64,000 nt of DNA from assembly GCA_030704615.1 (NCBI GenBank), contig CM060733.1, forward strand, positions 51,956,001 through 52,020,000, written 5' to 3'. A program made the translations under genes and the position numbers. Positions 25,600 through 38,323 of this stretch are shown here, piece by piece (position 1 is the first letter of the stretch; each line of letters starts with the position of its first letter). Source of the stretch: Takakia lepidozioides (taxonomy: Eukaryota > Plantae > Bryophyta). The notes below the pieces were generated by a model, which was not told the DNA's origin, searched no databases, and worked only from the letters and a program-made list of their open reading frames with translations.

Positions 25600-26277
25600 G
25601 CTAAACCATAAAGAAAAACAAACACCCTACCCCAGTACCATATGAAAAAAAAAAAAAAAAAACTAAGAACCCCCAAAGGCCCTAAATCTAAACCTAGAAA
25701 GCCCTGTCGTCGCCTCCTGCGACCCCCACGCGTCGCAAACTGCGACGCGTTTTCTTGGATTTATCAGGCCGGGGGTCGCAAACAGCGACGGCCAACCGTC
25801 GCTAACTGCGACCTGTTTTTTTAATGGATTTGAGGCCGGGGGTCGCAAACTGTAACATGTTTTTTTGTTTTGAAAGAATAGGGCAGCCGGGCAGTTTGCG
25901 ACGCCCGGCCGTCGCAAGGGCCTTTTGCCCTTCATGCCACCATGCGACGGCCGGGCGTCGCAAGAAAGGGCTGCGATGAAAGAAATGGCAAGAAATGGTT
26001 TTTTTTTTCCGGCCGTCGCTAGAAAGGGCTGCCTTCTGCCCTTCGCTAGGGGCGACGCTTAGGCGTCGCACAAAAGGGCTACCATTTTCCCTTCATCACT
26101 TCGTGCGACGGCCAGGCGTCGCCGCCTGGCCCCAGCGCCAGGTTTCACTCCCGCGGGGTTTGGCGGCGACGGCCCGGCGTCGCAAACACGCTCCGCGGGT
26201 TGGCGTCGCACGCTCGGCGCCGCGCGGGGCGTGGGGGCGCGGCTGGCGTCGCAAACCCCCCCTCATTTGCTGTAGTG
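25600..26277. mobile_element. Right end of a GCGAC-family CACTA element
   Basis: Dense GCGAC/GTCGC subterminal repeats end in ttgctgTAGTG at 26277. The end closely resembles 56900-56994, and 25600-25800 is an inverted homolog of 44800-44960. Confidence 0.85.
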
Positions 26278-26789
26278 CCAATTCCACCATGATAGACCTG
26301 AAGAATACAAATAGGTTCATTAACAAGTCAGATGACCAGCCAACGCTAGGAACTAAGATCCATAGGGACAGGACACAACATGAACTCACATTAACAGCCT
26401 ACCAAAAAATGTCAGTTTTCTGGGACAAAAAGGTTTTGACCTTTTTGGTGCACATGTGCATGCTTGTGAGTACATGCAAGTCAATATTTCATCTCCTATT
26501 CAAATACCATGAGACCATGAGACTATGAGACATTTTTCCTTCTGGCAGGTCATTAGGTATATTAAACTATCAGTTCCCTCCCCGAATGTACGAGTGAAAA
26601 AACTAACTGAAGTACCTTATGTCAAAGGAAATGTTACTCTGAGTCTCCACAAACTTTACAAGAGGTACTCTTGCTTTTGCAATGACCTGCCACAAGTTGC
26701 AAGTCACATCTTAAATCCAAATTCAGCAAAGACTGAATTTTACCGATAGCCCCAACTTCAAATGACGTCACAGGTCCAAACTAACAGTG

Positions 26790-27170
26790 GCTTCCCAAGA
26801 AGAGCAACCTACTGCAGAAATACATTCCATGATCCCTCAATTTGGAGACTAGGGTATTGTTCAGAATGTCATCTGGTACAATTCCACCTCTGAAGATGTC
26901 GCCATGCACCTCTTTCCCCATTTTCAAAGCTGCCAGGGCAGTGTTCAGATTGACATTTGGCACAATTCCAGCTTTGATGATATCCCTATGCACCTCTTGC
27001 CCTTCTCCAGGGCTGCCAGGCTTACACAAGCATTGCAAATGCACACAAACACGATGTGCTTCCCCCATCATTTGCTCATAGGTCTCCAAAGCCTCCATCC
27101 CACGTCCTTGCCGTGCATACCCTGGACCAAGCTGACTCTCCCAAGAACCTTGTAAACATCAGCGAGGAAT
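26790..27170 (-). pseudogene. PLS-class pentatricopeptide repeat (PPR) gene fragment
   Basis: GYARQGRGMEALETYEQM...GQEVHRDIIKAGIVPNV.LNTAL...LKMGKEVHGDI.RGGIVPD.ILNNTLV, with internal deletions and frameshifts. Confidence 0.7.
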
Positions 27171-28229
27171 TAAGTGCGCAGCAGCGATAGGGCTTAATGG
27201 GACTTAGTGCTTGAGGGGGAAAAAAAAAGCATCGCATTGGTCCATGAGAACCACCATGGTGCAGCTAAGCGAGCAGACATTGAAACACGACCTGCTAAGA
27301 CCAAGCTGACTCTCCCAAGAACATTGTAAACATCAGGAAGAATACCAAATCATGGTACTAACAGGAGCCAAAAGCCCACATTTGCAGGATGAACAAACTT
27401 CTTCACATCCTACACTAAGAAAAAGCCACACCTTGCGATTGCGATTGTCCCACCATCGTGAAGGATCTGTAAAAGACTCATGCGAGCTCTGCTCCGTGCT
27501 GCAAATTCAGGGCCAAGTCTGATGAGAGGGCAAAACAGGCTGAAATAAGTCGAAGAAGAAGGTGCCCTCACCACATTGTCGTCGACTTTCTGTCATGACC
27601 CATGGCGGATTTGACAGACCATGAACCCAAATGGACCTCTTGTGTGTGCTGCTTGTGTCTGTAGTCAGGTAATGTCGGATTGTCCATGAGAACCACCACG
27701 GTGCAGCGAGCAGCGAGCAGAGATTGAAACGTGATCTGCTAAGACCAACCTGCACGAGGACTTAGTGTGCGCAACAGCGATAGGGCTTAGTGGGGCTAAG
27801 TGCATGAGGGGAAAAACAAACAACGCGAGAAGTTTGAACCTGCGACCTTGCGACACGTAGGAAGAGCCCTTACCAGCACGCTACATGCACACATTTGAAA
27901 TTTCCCCCCAAAAGTATATATATATTGTACATACGTGATGGACAACTTTTTAAGTTTTTTAACCTTTTTATAAACCATATAAGCAACCTTTTGTTTTTTT
28001 GTTTTTTAAATAAAATTTTAAATGAAACCTCAAGCCCTTGAGGAGGGGGAAAAATTAACCCCATTATCAATCGAAGGGATGGGTCCAGTTCGGTGCGAGA
28101 ATTGTTATGTAGCTTTGATTTTGTGTCTAATCAACTTGAACATTATCATCCGGAGCCTCTTTATCCTCATCAAGCTGCAAGTCTTCTTGGTCATCGGAGT
28201 CATCGTCATAAAAGCCACCTCCGAATTAT

Positions 28230-31200
28230 CCTCCACCTCGTTGTCAATGGCCGTGTCTTCGTCTCCTTCTCCAACATCCGTATCTTCTAGAGCTTCATCA
28301 TATAGGGTCCAGGATGCATTGTCCGGGGCGTCATCATCCTCTTCTACCCCCTCTACCCAACCTCCATCATCACCATCATTATGACCAGTCTCTCCGTCCA
28401 CCGCAATTGCCTCACCCCATGGAGATCCGAGACCATGATAGATACGTCTTCCTCTTGGTTGAGCATGCACAACCACCTTCCAATTCCCCCCTCTTGTTTT
28501 GTCATCAGAGAAGAAAACTTGCTCCATGTTTGAAGGCCGTGAAAAAGGCTCATCGGAGGGACGATGAGTAGGGTTGAGCCTATCTGCATTGACGCACATG
28601 AAACCACAATCATCTTGCACTAGTGTTGTGGAAGGCCCCACAAGATGTGGCTGGAACCACCTTCCCTTGAAGAGAAGAGGCCGGTTACCTTGTATACTGA
28701 AGTTGGAGTATGCTCTCAAGCTCTCCAATGTACTCAAGTTTGCTCATAGCAGGTCGTGTATCTCCCTTGCCCCACACGGAGTCTTGCCAATATGTGGCAC
28801 ATAAGCCAAAATCAAAGGTTGTTTTGCGCTTCATGTCAAGAGTACAAATGCGGAAATGACGACCGTGAACCCAAACCGCCGTGTATGAGGTCGCGAATTG
28901 AGAGGGGCCCCTTGCAATGTCTTGCACCAAATCTGAAACCACCTCTCATTAAGCAACGGCGTCATAAATTGAAGTCCGAAGCCACTGTTGGAATGAACTT
29001 ACAGGCTGCAATTCCATGGGCAAATTTTGTGAAGGAACATTCCGGCGGCCCGCTCCTCGTCGTGGGCGTCTAGTAACCGGCCTTGGATGGTTCTGCCTCC
29101 ATGCAAGCGTCTCCTCCTCTCGTTGCTGAACAAGATTATTGTATCTTGCCTCCCACTCATGTATGGATTGGGTGTTCTTCAGTATGAAGTCATGCGCTTG
29201 CTCAATCACCAAGGTCGGCAATTTTACCCTCTTTGATTTTTTGGGCAAAACGATGTCCTTGGTTCGTGCATCCTCATCTTCCTTCCACATCCGAGGGGAT
29301 TCCTCATCCACCCTTGTCATGTACTCCGTGCAATAGAAGATAGCTTCTTGCAACGTATACCCCTCCACCATGCTACCCTCCGGATGCGCCATTTGTCTTA
29401 CAAATCCTTTCAAAGTCTTCATATAACGCTCAAAGAAGTACATCCACCGAGAATGAATGGGGTCGGCAATCGAAGCCTCTTCCACTAAGTGCACTACCAA
29501 GTACACTTAGATGTCAAAGAAGGAGGGAGGAAGGTGCATCTCCAACATACAAATTACCTCCGCCGCCTCCTTCTTCATGCGTGGAAAATCTGCTTCTTCC
29601 AACTCTTTGGAACAAATCCACCGGAACAAGCCTCCCAATCTATAGATTGTCTCACGAACCTCGGGAGTCAATGTCCCACGTACTGCAATGGGCAAGATGT
29701 CTTGCAATAGATTGTGGTAGTCATGAGACTTCAAACCATGGACCTCGTCTTCTTCGCAGAACTTCGTACGGAGGGATGACCCATAACCAGTTGGTGTTCG
29801 GACAGCACTTATGGTGGCTATCACTTTCTTGTATTCCTCCTTTGTCCATTGCCAAGGTGCGCGCCTATACTTCCACCGTACAACACCCTTTGGGTCCACA
29901 CCATTTTGTTCGGCCCATAGATGGCGCATACGAGCCTGCTCTTCAAGTTCCTTTCTAACACCGAAAGAATCTCCTTTTGTAGCCACTCCCTTCTTTGCCG
30001 GCGTGCCATGAAGAACCCGAAAAAGGAACGAGCAGACATTCTTCTCAATATGCATGGGATCTAGAAGATGGCAAATTTTCAGGTCCTACATATAGCCCCA
30101 CCCACAAAGACTTACACAAATTTTTTTACGTGAAAGTGACAATGCAACGCATACCAAATGTGCAATATCACATGTATGCATAGGGATATTGACGGTGTTT
30201 TTGTGGAATATGAACCGCCCAATATGGCAACTCGTAGAAGATTGAAAGTCGTTTCATGCCAGGCACGTCCACTTCACCGTCCGTGCCCGCATGGGCTTCC
30301 TTCCATCGGTCCTCCCAAAACTGCCCGGACGGTGTCATAGGGGGGGGACGTACTTCCTCTTTGCCATCAAACAAGTGTTTCTCTCTTCTTCTCCATCGAT
30401 GGCTCATAGGAAGAAATTTGCGGTAGTTGGGATACATCATCTTGTGAAGATGGCGGGAGCTATGTGCATTAAGATCATCGCCACAATGCAAGCATACATT
30501 GTACCCTTTGGTGCTTAGCCCCGAGCAAACAGTTAGTCCTGTACTACACATCCCGCCACATTAGCAAAAACAAAAAGTTGTCATGTGCATGGCCCATAAT
30601 GCCATCTACCCCACTACGGTGCACAAGACTGTCGCTGCTACTTCAATCAATCCCAATCCTCATCCTCCTCCGGCATTGACAAGTGAATGTACGCGGGTTG
30701 TTCATGGGGAACATAATATACCTGGATAATCATGCATTGTCCAAAGCAAGATGCCTCTCATCTGAAAAGATTGTCCGGCCATAGGGTCAAGTGAAGAATC
30801 CAATGTCGGGACCCCCCTCCATAGCTCTTTAAGTTCATCAACAAGAGGTCGCAAGTACGTGTCCATGTTTGCCACTTGTTTTTTCCCTTTGAGACATTCA
30901 CATCATTGTTTCATGCTCCACCAATATGCAGATTATACTACAAAATGAATTACACGTCTTACTCCATGATTATGTCACTCATCAATCTTGCATCCGAATT
31001 GCGTCAAAGATCAGAAGTTTAATGTAAAGTCGAAGGCTTAAATAAACATGAAATGAGTACACTCACCTGGCACAATGGCAGCCAACATGATATGGCCTTT
31101 TTTAATTGAAAGATACGGAGGGATGTTGTAATTCACCATGGTCACCGGCCAAGTAGAAAGACTACATGACTGGACAGAGAATGGGTTGACCCCATCCGAG

Positions 31201-31334
31201 GAGAAGCCAAGGTGGACGTGTCGTGGGTCCTCCAAGAGAAAAGGCCACATCTCTTCAATATGCCTCCATGCTTCTGAATCTTGTGGCCCGCACACCTTTC
31301 CCGGGGGGCTCCGATGCGAGGAGTGTCATCTCAT
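28230..31334 (-). mobile_element. CACTA TnpD-type transposase, C-terminal part (Transposase_21, DUF4218, DUF4216), disrupted
   Basis: MR*HSS...GPQDSEAW, LGFSSDGVNPF..TWPV..YNIPP, KQVANMDTYLRPLVDELKELW, LLWTMHDYPG, MHIEKNV, GLKSHDYH, RWMYFFERYMK..K..V...AHPEGSM, EPF...QVFF..D...WKVV. Confidence 0.92.
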
Positions 31335-32218
31335 GAGGTTTACTATTTCATGAGCAGAAACCATGAGCCATGAGCCGCATGAGCGGTGAGCCGAAGTCTA
31401 AGACATGCGGATTTCATGAGCGGACTCCTCCAAATTTGGAAATGCGGCAGATTAAACAAGCATTAAAATAATAGTTTTTTTAATTTGACCTTGCCGTTTT
31501 TGGAAGTTCCACATCCTGTAATGCGGCGAAGATATGTCGTCAATAACAAGTCCGCTCATGGTTTTTTAGATCCGCTCATGGAAATGATTGACCGTGCAAC
31601 GAGAAATCCAGTATACCACGGCAAAAGGACGTCGCATACTGGCCTGTATAGAGTATTCCGCGGTTTTACATGCCTTAACATTGGAATGAAGCTGACCCTT
31701 CTGCCGCGATTGAACCAATAGAGTCTGCACCAATAGAGTCTGCAGTACTTCACAATTCTGTCATTTTCGGGTATTCGGCGGGAAAGATTTGCGACTCAAC
31801 TGGAAAATGCGGTGCCGCATTAGGGTTCACACGTGCGAAATTTCTGGGGAGTTTGGTGTTGGCGACGGTCGGCTCCCTGAAGGCTGGGTGTGACTATCTT
31901 GCTATGACGAAGGCCGCATCTACCAGTACCTACGACGTTACTTGGAAATGCGGCGCCGCATTTCCTTGCCGGGGGTCGAATGAGGAAAGCAAAGTTTGGG
32001 AGAGCAGAAAAACATGAACCCTCCAACACACAAAAATACATGCACGTGGAAACACAAGTGAATGACATAGTATTATCTTAGTTCGAGCAAAACAGGTTAC
32101 TGGTAGGCAAGACATAAGTTGGACCTTTCTGTGGCCAGAGTCAGAGCTACTTGCAGCAGTACAGTTCTACTATCCGAAAAGGATGGGCGTACCATTGTGT
32201 TGGGACCGCAAGTCAAGC

Positions 32219-35200
32219 TCACTGGTCCCCTGGATCCATATTCAGAAGAGTGTGCACCTCTTGGGGGCTCAACCCTGGTGCATGTATGAAGTGATGAGTT
32301 GTGGAATTATACCGGAGTCTCTTTAGGTACATGTAGTACAGATGCTTGCAAGGGCAGTATGATGCCCCCTTGTTCGCCATGATCTGGAAGTCGGTGCAAT
32401 TGCAGGTGGGTAATTCTGAAATGGTGATGGTGTACACCTCATTGCGAATAGCTGAGCCTGCCGTGGCCATCTGATACACACGCCCGAAGCCTGGTGGGGG
32501 CACTTATGTCGAGCTCTGGATTGTACAGTTCATCCAAAGTGCATTCCCCATCCTTGTCTCGTTCACTTTTGAAGGGAGGTCGCCGCCTCTTCGGTTTCCC
32601 CCAACGGTGTGTAGGATGCTTAGAGCTGTCGGGTCCCATTGTTCTTGCTCTCACAGGGGTCGGTGGTGGAGGCTGTGGAAGAGGAAATGGTTGTCTGGGG
32701 ACGTCAGTGCGCTGCACCATCCGAAATCTTGTGGCGGTAAGGGCGTCGGCCTCAACCTGACTCAGATCGCAGCCTGGTTCCACCGGCCACACCGGGGGAG
32801 CCTCTGGCATTGTTTGTATGCCGTACTTGGGCTTTCCATACACGCAAGTCATAATGTCGTGCCTGCAGAACTAGAACTGGGTGGTTGTCGCCTCCGCAAA
32901 TTTTGCATGGACAAATCTTCCTGTTAAAAAGTAGGAGCAGGGACAGCCCCATCTGGATTCCTCCTTATCATCTCTAAACAACGTTGCCGTGTATCCACTC
33001 GAATTGCGGAACACCTGCCTCGAAACGACGGCTTTGTGCGAGCAATTCTCCACTGTGACGCAAACACAGTCGTCTCCACAATGGCTTGGCCATACTGCAT
33101 AACAGCGAGCGGAATCTGGGGCAAGCGAGCGGTGGGAATTTCTCGCACAGAATCCCCGCTTGAAGGCGATGACGATCTGGAATTTCTTGGGCTTCCACTG
33201 CTGGAAGACACATTGTGAGGCAACATGACGGGACCTCGAGGTGCTGTCCGAATGTTCCTGTCGGATCTCCAGGAATCCTCTTCGCACCCGGGTTCCTCTT
33301 CAATCCTTCGCCTCACAGGGCGAGTACGGACGTCCCCCTCTAGGCGTTCACCTCTGCGGTGCAGAGGCGTCCCTTTGATCTTCTCTCGCAATGTTGTCGC
33401 CCATTTCAGTGGATTCTTCGACCTCGAAGCTATTTGTACCAACAATTCCTCCCTGTCCGGCCCAAAGCCCCATTGTTTCCCGCTCAGGAACTTGTAGTAT
33501 GTGGCTTGCTGCATGATTGCTCGGTCGATGTCCTCCGTTGTGGCCGTCACTACGTCCACCAGATGTGCGGCAGAAGACGCTCGCCAGGAGGAGTGGACTG
33601 ATTCTGCCATATTCGTGTTCGGCATGTCCGTGTCGGAATCCGAGCACCGCTCCTACAACGACACAAACAATGGTGAGGGACCAATGGAAAGGTCCGTAAT
33701 AGAAAGATAATTGCACGAAAATGACAGCATCATACCTCTCGCATGTACTGTCCGAACTGTCGATACCGGAAATGCCACCACCCCAACCAGCTGTGCAAGG
33801 CTCCCAGATTGGTTGTCTCCACTGCACGTGACGTGTTCCACCAAGCCTCGATGATAGCAAACTTAACCTCCGCGCCATCAAATGTGGGTGCATCCTTCCA
33901 CGCCGTACAAAGGACACGGTGTTCAGCCTGGAATGAGCTAGCAACAAATTTGGTAGTGTAGTGAGATAGACTCTGCATCCAATGGAATCCACAGGATCTC
34001 TCTTTCCCCTCCATTGGAACATTGGGGTCCTCACCGTACACACGCCGCACCGCTGCCCAGTTGGCCTGAGCATTGTCTACCATGAATCCCCTGAAATTGG
34101 GCTCTGGCAATCCCGCCCTTGCCATCTGCTCGTTTATGCCCTCCCACAAATGCATCTCCGACTGTGTGTCCTCCCCTTTCATCTTGTAGATTGCAATCGT
34201 CATGAGCCTCTTGGAGTGATAGTCATAAACATGCGCACCCATAGTCACCCACTGATGGTTTGTAATTCGCTTGATGTGATCAAACATCACCCAAGCATTC
34301 GACAAGTTTCCAGTTGTCATGCGAGTGACCAAGTCGACTCCACTCTCAGGCCCACACGTCGACATTTTAAAAATGTAACAACGATCGGATTCGCTGCCTT
34401 GCCTTGGAAACCTGCTACCTTGGATGTAGTCATATCCAGTCATTCGTTTCACCTCCAGGATTGAGTGCATGTCCGACCCCCGGCCGAACTCCTGCTTGCA
34501 AGATACGATGTGATTCCGCACATTCGGACTACAAACGTTCGAGACGGACTCCAACAGGTCAAGCATCTCTTCTTCATTCAAGGGCACTCGGTCTGAACCA
34601 TCTTCAGACATGATTTTGCCAAGAGCAATCTTGTGGGCTGCCTTCAGCTGAATCTGCTTTGGTCTGGCTCCGGGGCTCAATTTCACCTCCTCTTTTATGA
34701 TGTCGTGTGCTTCCTGCACAGCCTCACGCATGTTGCCTCTCGCCAAGGGGTGGCAGTGGACCCCAACGTGTATGCAAGCTCTAGTCAAGTCCGGGAGCAA
34801 ATGGATAACGTAATATTGCTTGGCTCTACACATGGACATGCACGTCGGTGGTTCTTTGCAATGTGCGCACTTGAAAGTACCCGCAGGAGCTTGGCTGGAG
34901 ACAATGAATGGATGATGGGTTGTGCCAGTCCAATCCGTCTCGTTTCTCCGCCCTCCTTTGGAAAGAAAGTGGAAGCAGGCGGGATTGAGGCACCTCAGCT
35001 TCCCCGCACAGAGGACGTATCGTACACGAACACCATCAGCAATTTTCGTGCTACTGGTCTTCGTCACACACCAGGGGTGTCCGTCATGCTTTCGATCCAT
35101 GTCTGTTAACATCCCTGAGGCTTTGTTTGAGGAAGTAACGGGTGGAAACTCGAAGATGACATTGCCATCAACTTTGGGAGGCAGATACGTTACCTTCCTG

Positions 35201-35830
35201 ACTGGAAATTTGGCATAGTCGAGAGCAGCCAGCTCGGAGCGAGAACCATCGAGGTGATGTTGCCGTAGGAGCTGCACAATGGACCGGGTTGGAGTTATGC
35301 TCGAGGGTACATGCGTAGCACCTGCAGAGTCGTCCATGTCGGATTTGAACGACCGTGTGGAGGACATGGGGACCTCAATGCACTCATCTTCCTCGTCGGC
35401 TATGTCGAATACGTCCACACGAGAAGCTATGGAGGGTCTTGACGGTCCAGGTCGGGAATGATTATCGTTGCATACCTCTCTGTTGGCAGTGGCCGCCTGT
35501 CGGTTTCCGGACTCCTTTGTGGATGGTGTGGGCAGCGACTGATTCGGAAAGGGAATGGGCATTCCCACAGCTCGGTACAAGATGGTGTCTGATGGGGGGT
35601 ACGTGCCATTCGATTCCGCAACCTCCATCGTTACCTAGCACGACAATGGTCTCGTCAACCTGTCCAGGAACATAATTCATTTCTTCTTCTAAATAAACTG
35701 TGCCCGGTTTGAGCTTGAATTTGGAACAAATGTAAGTTTCAGTCACTCTGCAAAGTCCTCCCTCGTTTGGGATCCAGGCTCTCCCAAGTTGTGGAGGACA
35801 GCAAACTATAGCGTAGGAATTCGGAGCCAT
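32219..35830 (-). pseudogene. MULE-type DDE transposase with N-terminal GCM-like zinc domain and C-terminal SWIM finger (intron 33735-33653; a few frameshifts/stops)
   Basis: GCM-like: W..TKT...RYVLCAGKLRCLNPAC...KCAHCKEP..C..CRA...IHVGVHCHP. DDE-like: MFDHIKR, FRGFMVDNAQANW, CGFHWMQSL, NTNMAESVHSSW. SWIM: ISELPTCNCTDF...PCKHLYY. Confidence 0.85.
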
Positions 35831-36223
35831 CGAAGACCGCACGAAGTTGGCAAGTGCGAGGTTCAGTATAGCGACAGACCAAGGCTCACAGGCACCATGT
35901 AAGTGGATCGGCGGAGTCCATCGACGATTGGAAGTCGCACATTGAAGTGGAAAGTATTGTTTTAAGCTACATGCATGAAGGTGGGAGGTGTGATTCCATA
36001 GCCAGTAAGTATGACAATGATGGCCGATTCGGCGACGAAATAACATCTCTTGACAGTTTCTCCTGAGGGTGGATCCACCAGTATTCTCGGTGCCGACATG
36101 AACGTTCGCACTGACATGTGCCAGGACTGTTAGTTAAAATGGTCAGACAACCAAGTTGTGCTCATCAAGACAGGCCGCAATTGTGTTGTTTCGGAACAAT
36201 GCAACCCATTGAGGTTCCGCATG

Positions 36224-37942
36224 CGGAAATGAGGTTCCGCATTTCCGTCCGGAGTGATACTTTCGATTGCTGTTGGACGGAAATACGGCGCCGCATTTCC
36301 GTTTTGCATCTTAGTCATGCACCAGTGCAACGGAAATGCGGCAACGAGTTTCCGTCCGGGGGAAACCTTTATACTCTCCAGAATGGAAATGCGGTACCGC
36401 ATTTCCATCCAACAAGCACGGTATGTGAAGGTGGAACGGAAATGCGGTAACGCATTTCCGTTCTGATTGAGAATCATGAACCACGGGAACTGAAATGCGG
36501 CACCGCATTTCCGTCTGAGTCGCACCTTCCGACATACCAGAACGAGAATGCGGCACCGCATTACCGTCCGAGTCGTACCTTCCGACATACCAGAACGGAA
36601 ATGCGGCGCCGCATTTCCGTTTTGTATCTGAGGCATGGAGCTGAGGGACGGAAATGTTGCACCGCATTTCCGTCCGTTTGAGACCTTCATACTCTCCAGA
36701 ACGGAAATGCGGCACCGCATTTCCGTCCGAGTCGCACCTTCCGTTATTCCAGAACGGAAATACGGCGCCGCATCTCCGTTTTTTATCTGAGGCATGGAGC
36801 TGAGGGACGGAATCGTTGCACCGCATTTCCGTCCGTTTGAGACCTTCATACTCTCCAGAACGGAAATGCGGCACCGCATTTCCGTTCCGACTAAAAATCG
36901 TGAACCATCGGAACTGAAATGCGGCACTGCATTTCCGTCCGAGTCGCACCTTCCGACATTCCAGAACGGAAATGCGGCGCCGCATTTCCATTTTTTATCT
37001 GAGGCATGGAGCCGAGTGACGGAAATGCTGCAGCGCATTTCCGACCGGTTAAGACCTTCATACTTTCCAGAACGGAAATGCGGTACCGCATTTCCGTTGT
37101 GATTGAGAATTATGAACAACGGGAACTGAAATATGGCACCGCATTTCTGTCCGAGTCGCACCTTCCGACATACCAGAACAGAAATGCGGCGCCGCATTTC
37201 CGTTTTCTATCTCAGGCATGGAGCGGAGGGACGAAAATTTTGCACCGCATTTCCGTCCGTTTGAGACCTTCATACTCTCTTGAACGGAAATGCGGTACCG
37301 CATTTCCGTTCTGACTGAAAATCGTGAACCATCGGAACTGAAATGCGGCACCGCATTTCCGTCCGAGTCGCATCTTCCGACATTCCAGAACGGAAATGCG
37401 GCGCCGCATTTCCGTTTTGTATATGAGGCATGAAGCTGTGGGACGGAAATGCGATGCCGCATTTCCATCCATGTGAGACCTTCATACTCTCCTGACCGGA
37501 AATGTGGCACCGCATTTCCGTTCAGGTGAGACCTTTATACTGTCCTGAACGGAAATGTGGCACGACATTTCCGTTCATCAACTAAGGTATGCGAAGGTGG
37601 AACGGAAATGCGGTACCGCATTTCCGTTCAAATTGAAAATCATGAACCACGGGAACTGAAATGTTGTGTTGCATTTCCGTCCGAATCGCATCTTCCGACA
37701 TTCCAGAATGGAAATGCGGCGCCGCATTTCCCTTTTGTATCTCAGGCATGGAGCTGTGGGACGGAAATGCGGCACCGCATTTTCGTTCAAAAACTAAGGT
37801 TTGTGAAGGTGGAACGGAAATACGGTGCCGCATTTTCTTCCAACAAGTACGGTATGTGTAGCATCGTGATGGTACTTAACGGAAATGCAGCGCCGCATTT
37901 GCATTTTCACTCCAACTCATCAGACGCTGGGACGGAAATGCC
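36224..37942. repeat. Phased array of ~32 palindromic 24-bp repeats (CGGAAATGCGGCACCGCATTTCCG) with 29-bp spacers; 53-bp period, partial 4-unit (212-bp) higher-order repeat
   Basis: Copies start at ~36224, 36278, 36331, 36384, 36437 ... 37762, 37815 (+53 each), then 37880 and a half copy at 37933. Spacers fall into ~5 recurring classes. Confidence 0.95.
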
Positions 37943-38323
37943 ATGATATGTGAACACGTGGAGCAACGGAATTGGGGCACATGTCTGCACTCTATCTGAC
38001 TGAAGTGGCATGACCGTTGGATAATGATGTTTGTTTTTCGGATGGCAGGTGTACCCTGAACGATTCGAATTTGGTAATGACGCAAAGTCCATGAGGAGAC
38101 ACTTTCGTCCATCCCTTTCGAACCCAAGTGGTGCATCACCGCCGTTTCATCTTCTTTTGTCGTGTCTACTCAGTCACCCCTCTCGCGCCCTTTCCATCTG
38201 CACTCTTCACCCCTTTTCCCTGTCTCTGTTCTTCTTATGCTCGAACCTGAGAGGGAGGGAGTGCGTGCACCAGAGAAGAGACATCGTCGCAAGCTCCGAA
38301 AATTGTACTTCGGACGTAGGCCA

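Noticed and set aside
23593-26277. A single complete CACTA element
   Set aside because: TIRs differ (CACTAGAAG vs CACTACAGC), flanking 3-mers differ (GCT vs CCA) and subterminal motifs differ (ACCACT vs GCGAC).
27815-27890. tRNA gene
   Set aside because: A/B-box-like motifs are present but no convincing acceptor or anticodon stems.
36224-37942. True CRISPR array
   Set aside because: Eukaryotic intron-containing context, no cas genes, spacers recur in classes, and the array is internal to a DNA transposon.
36118-37946. Long repetitive ORFs in several frames (e.g. 355 aa at 36130-37197)
   Set aside because: By-products of a stop-poor 53-bp palindromic repeat; the same peptides appear on both strands and cycle through frames.
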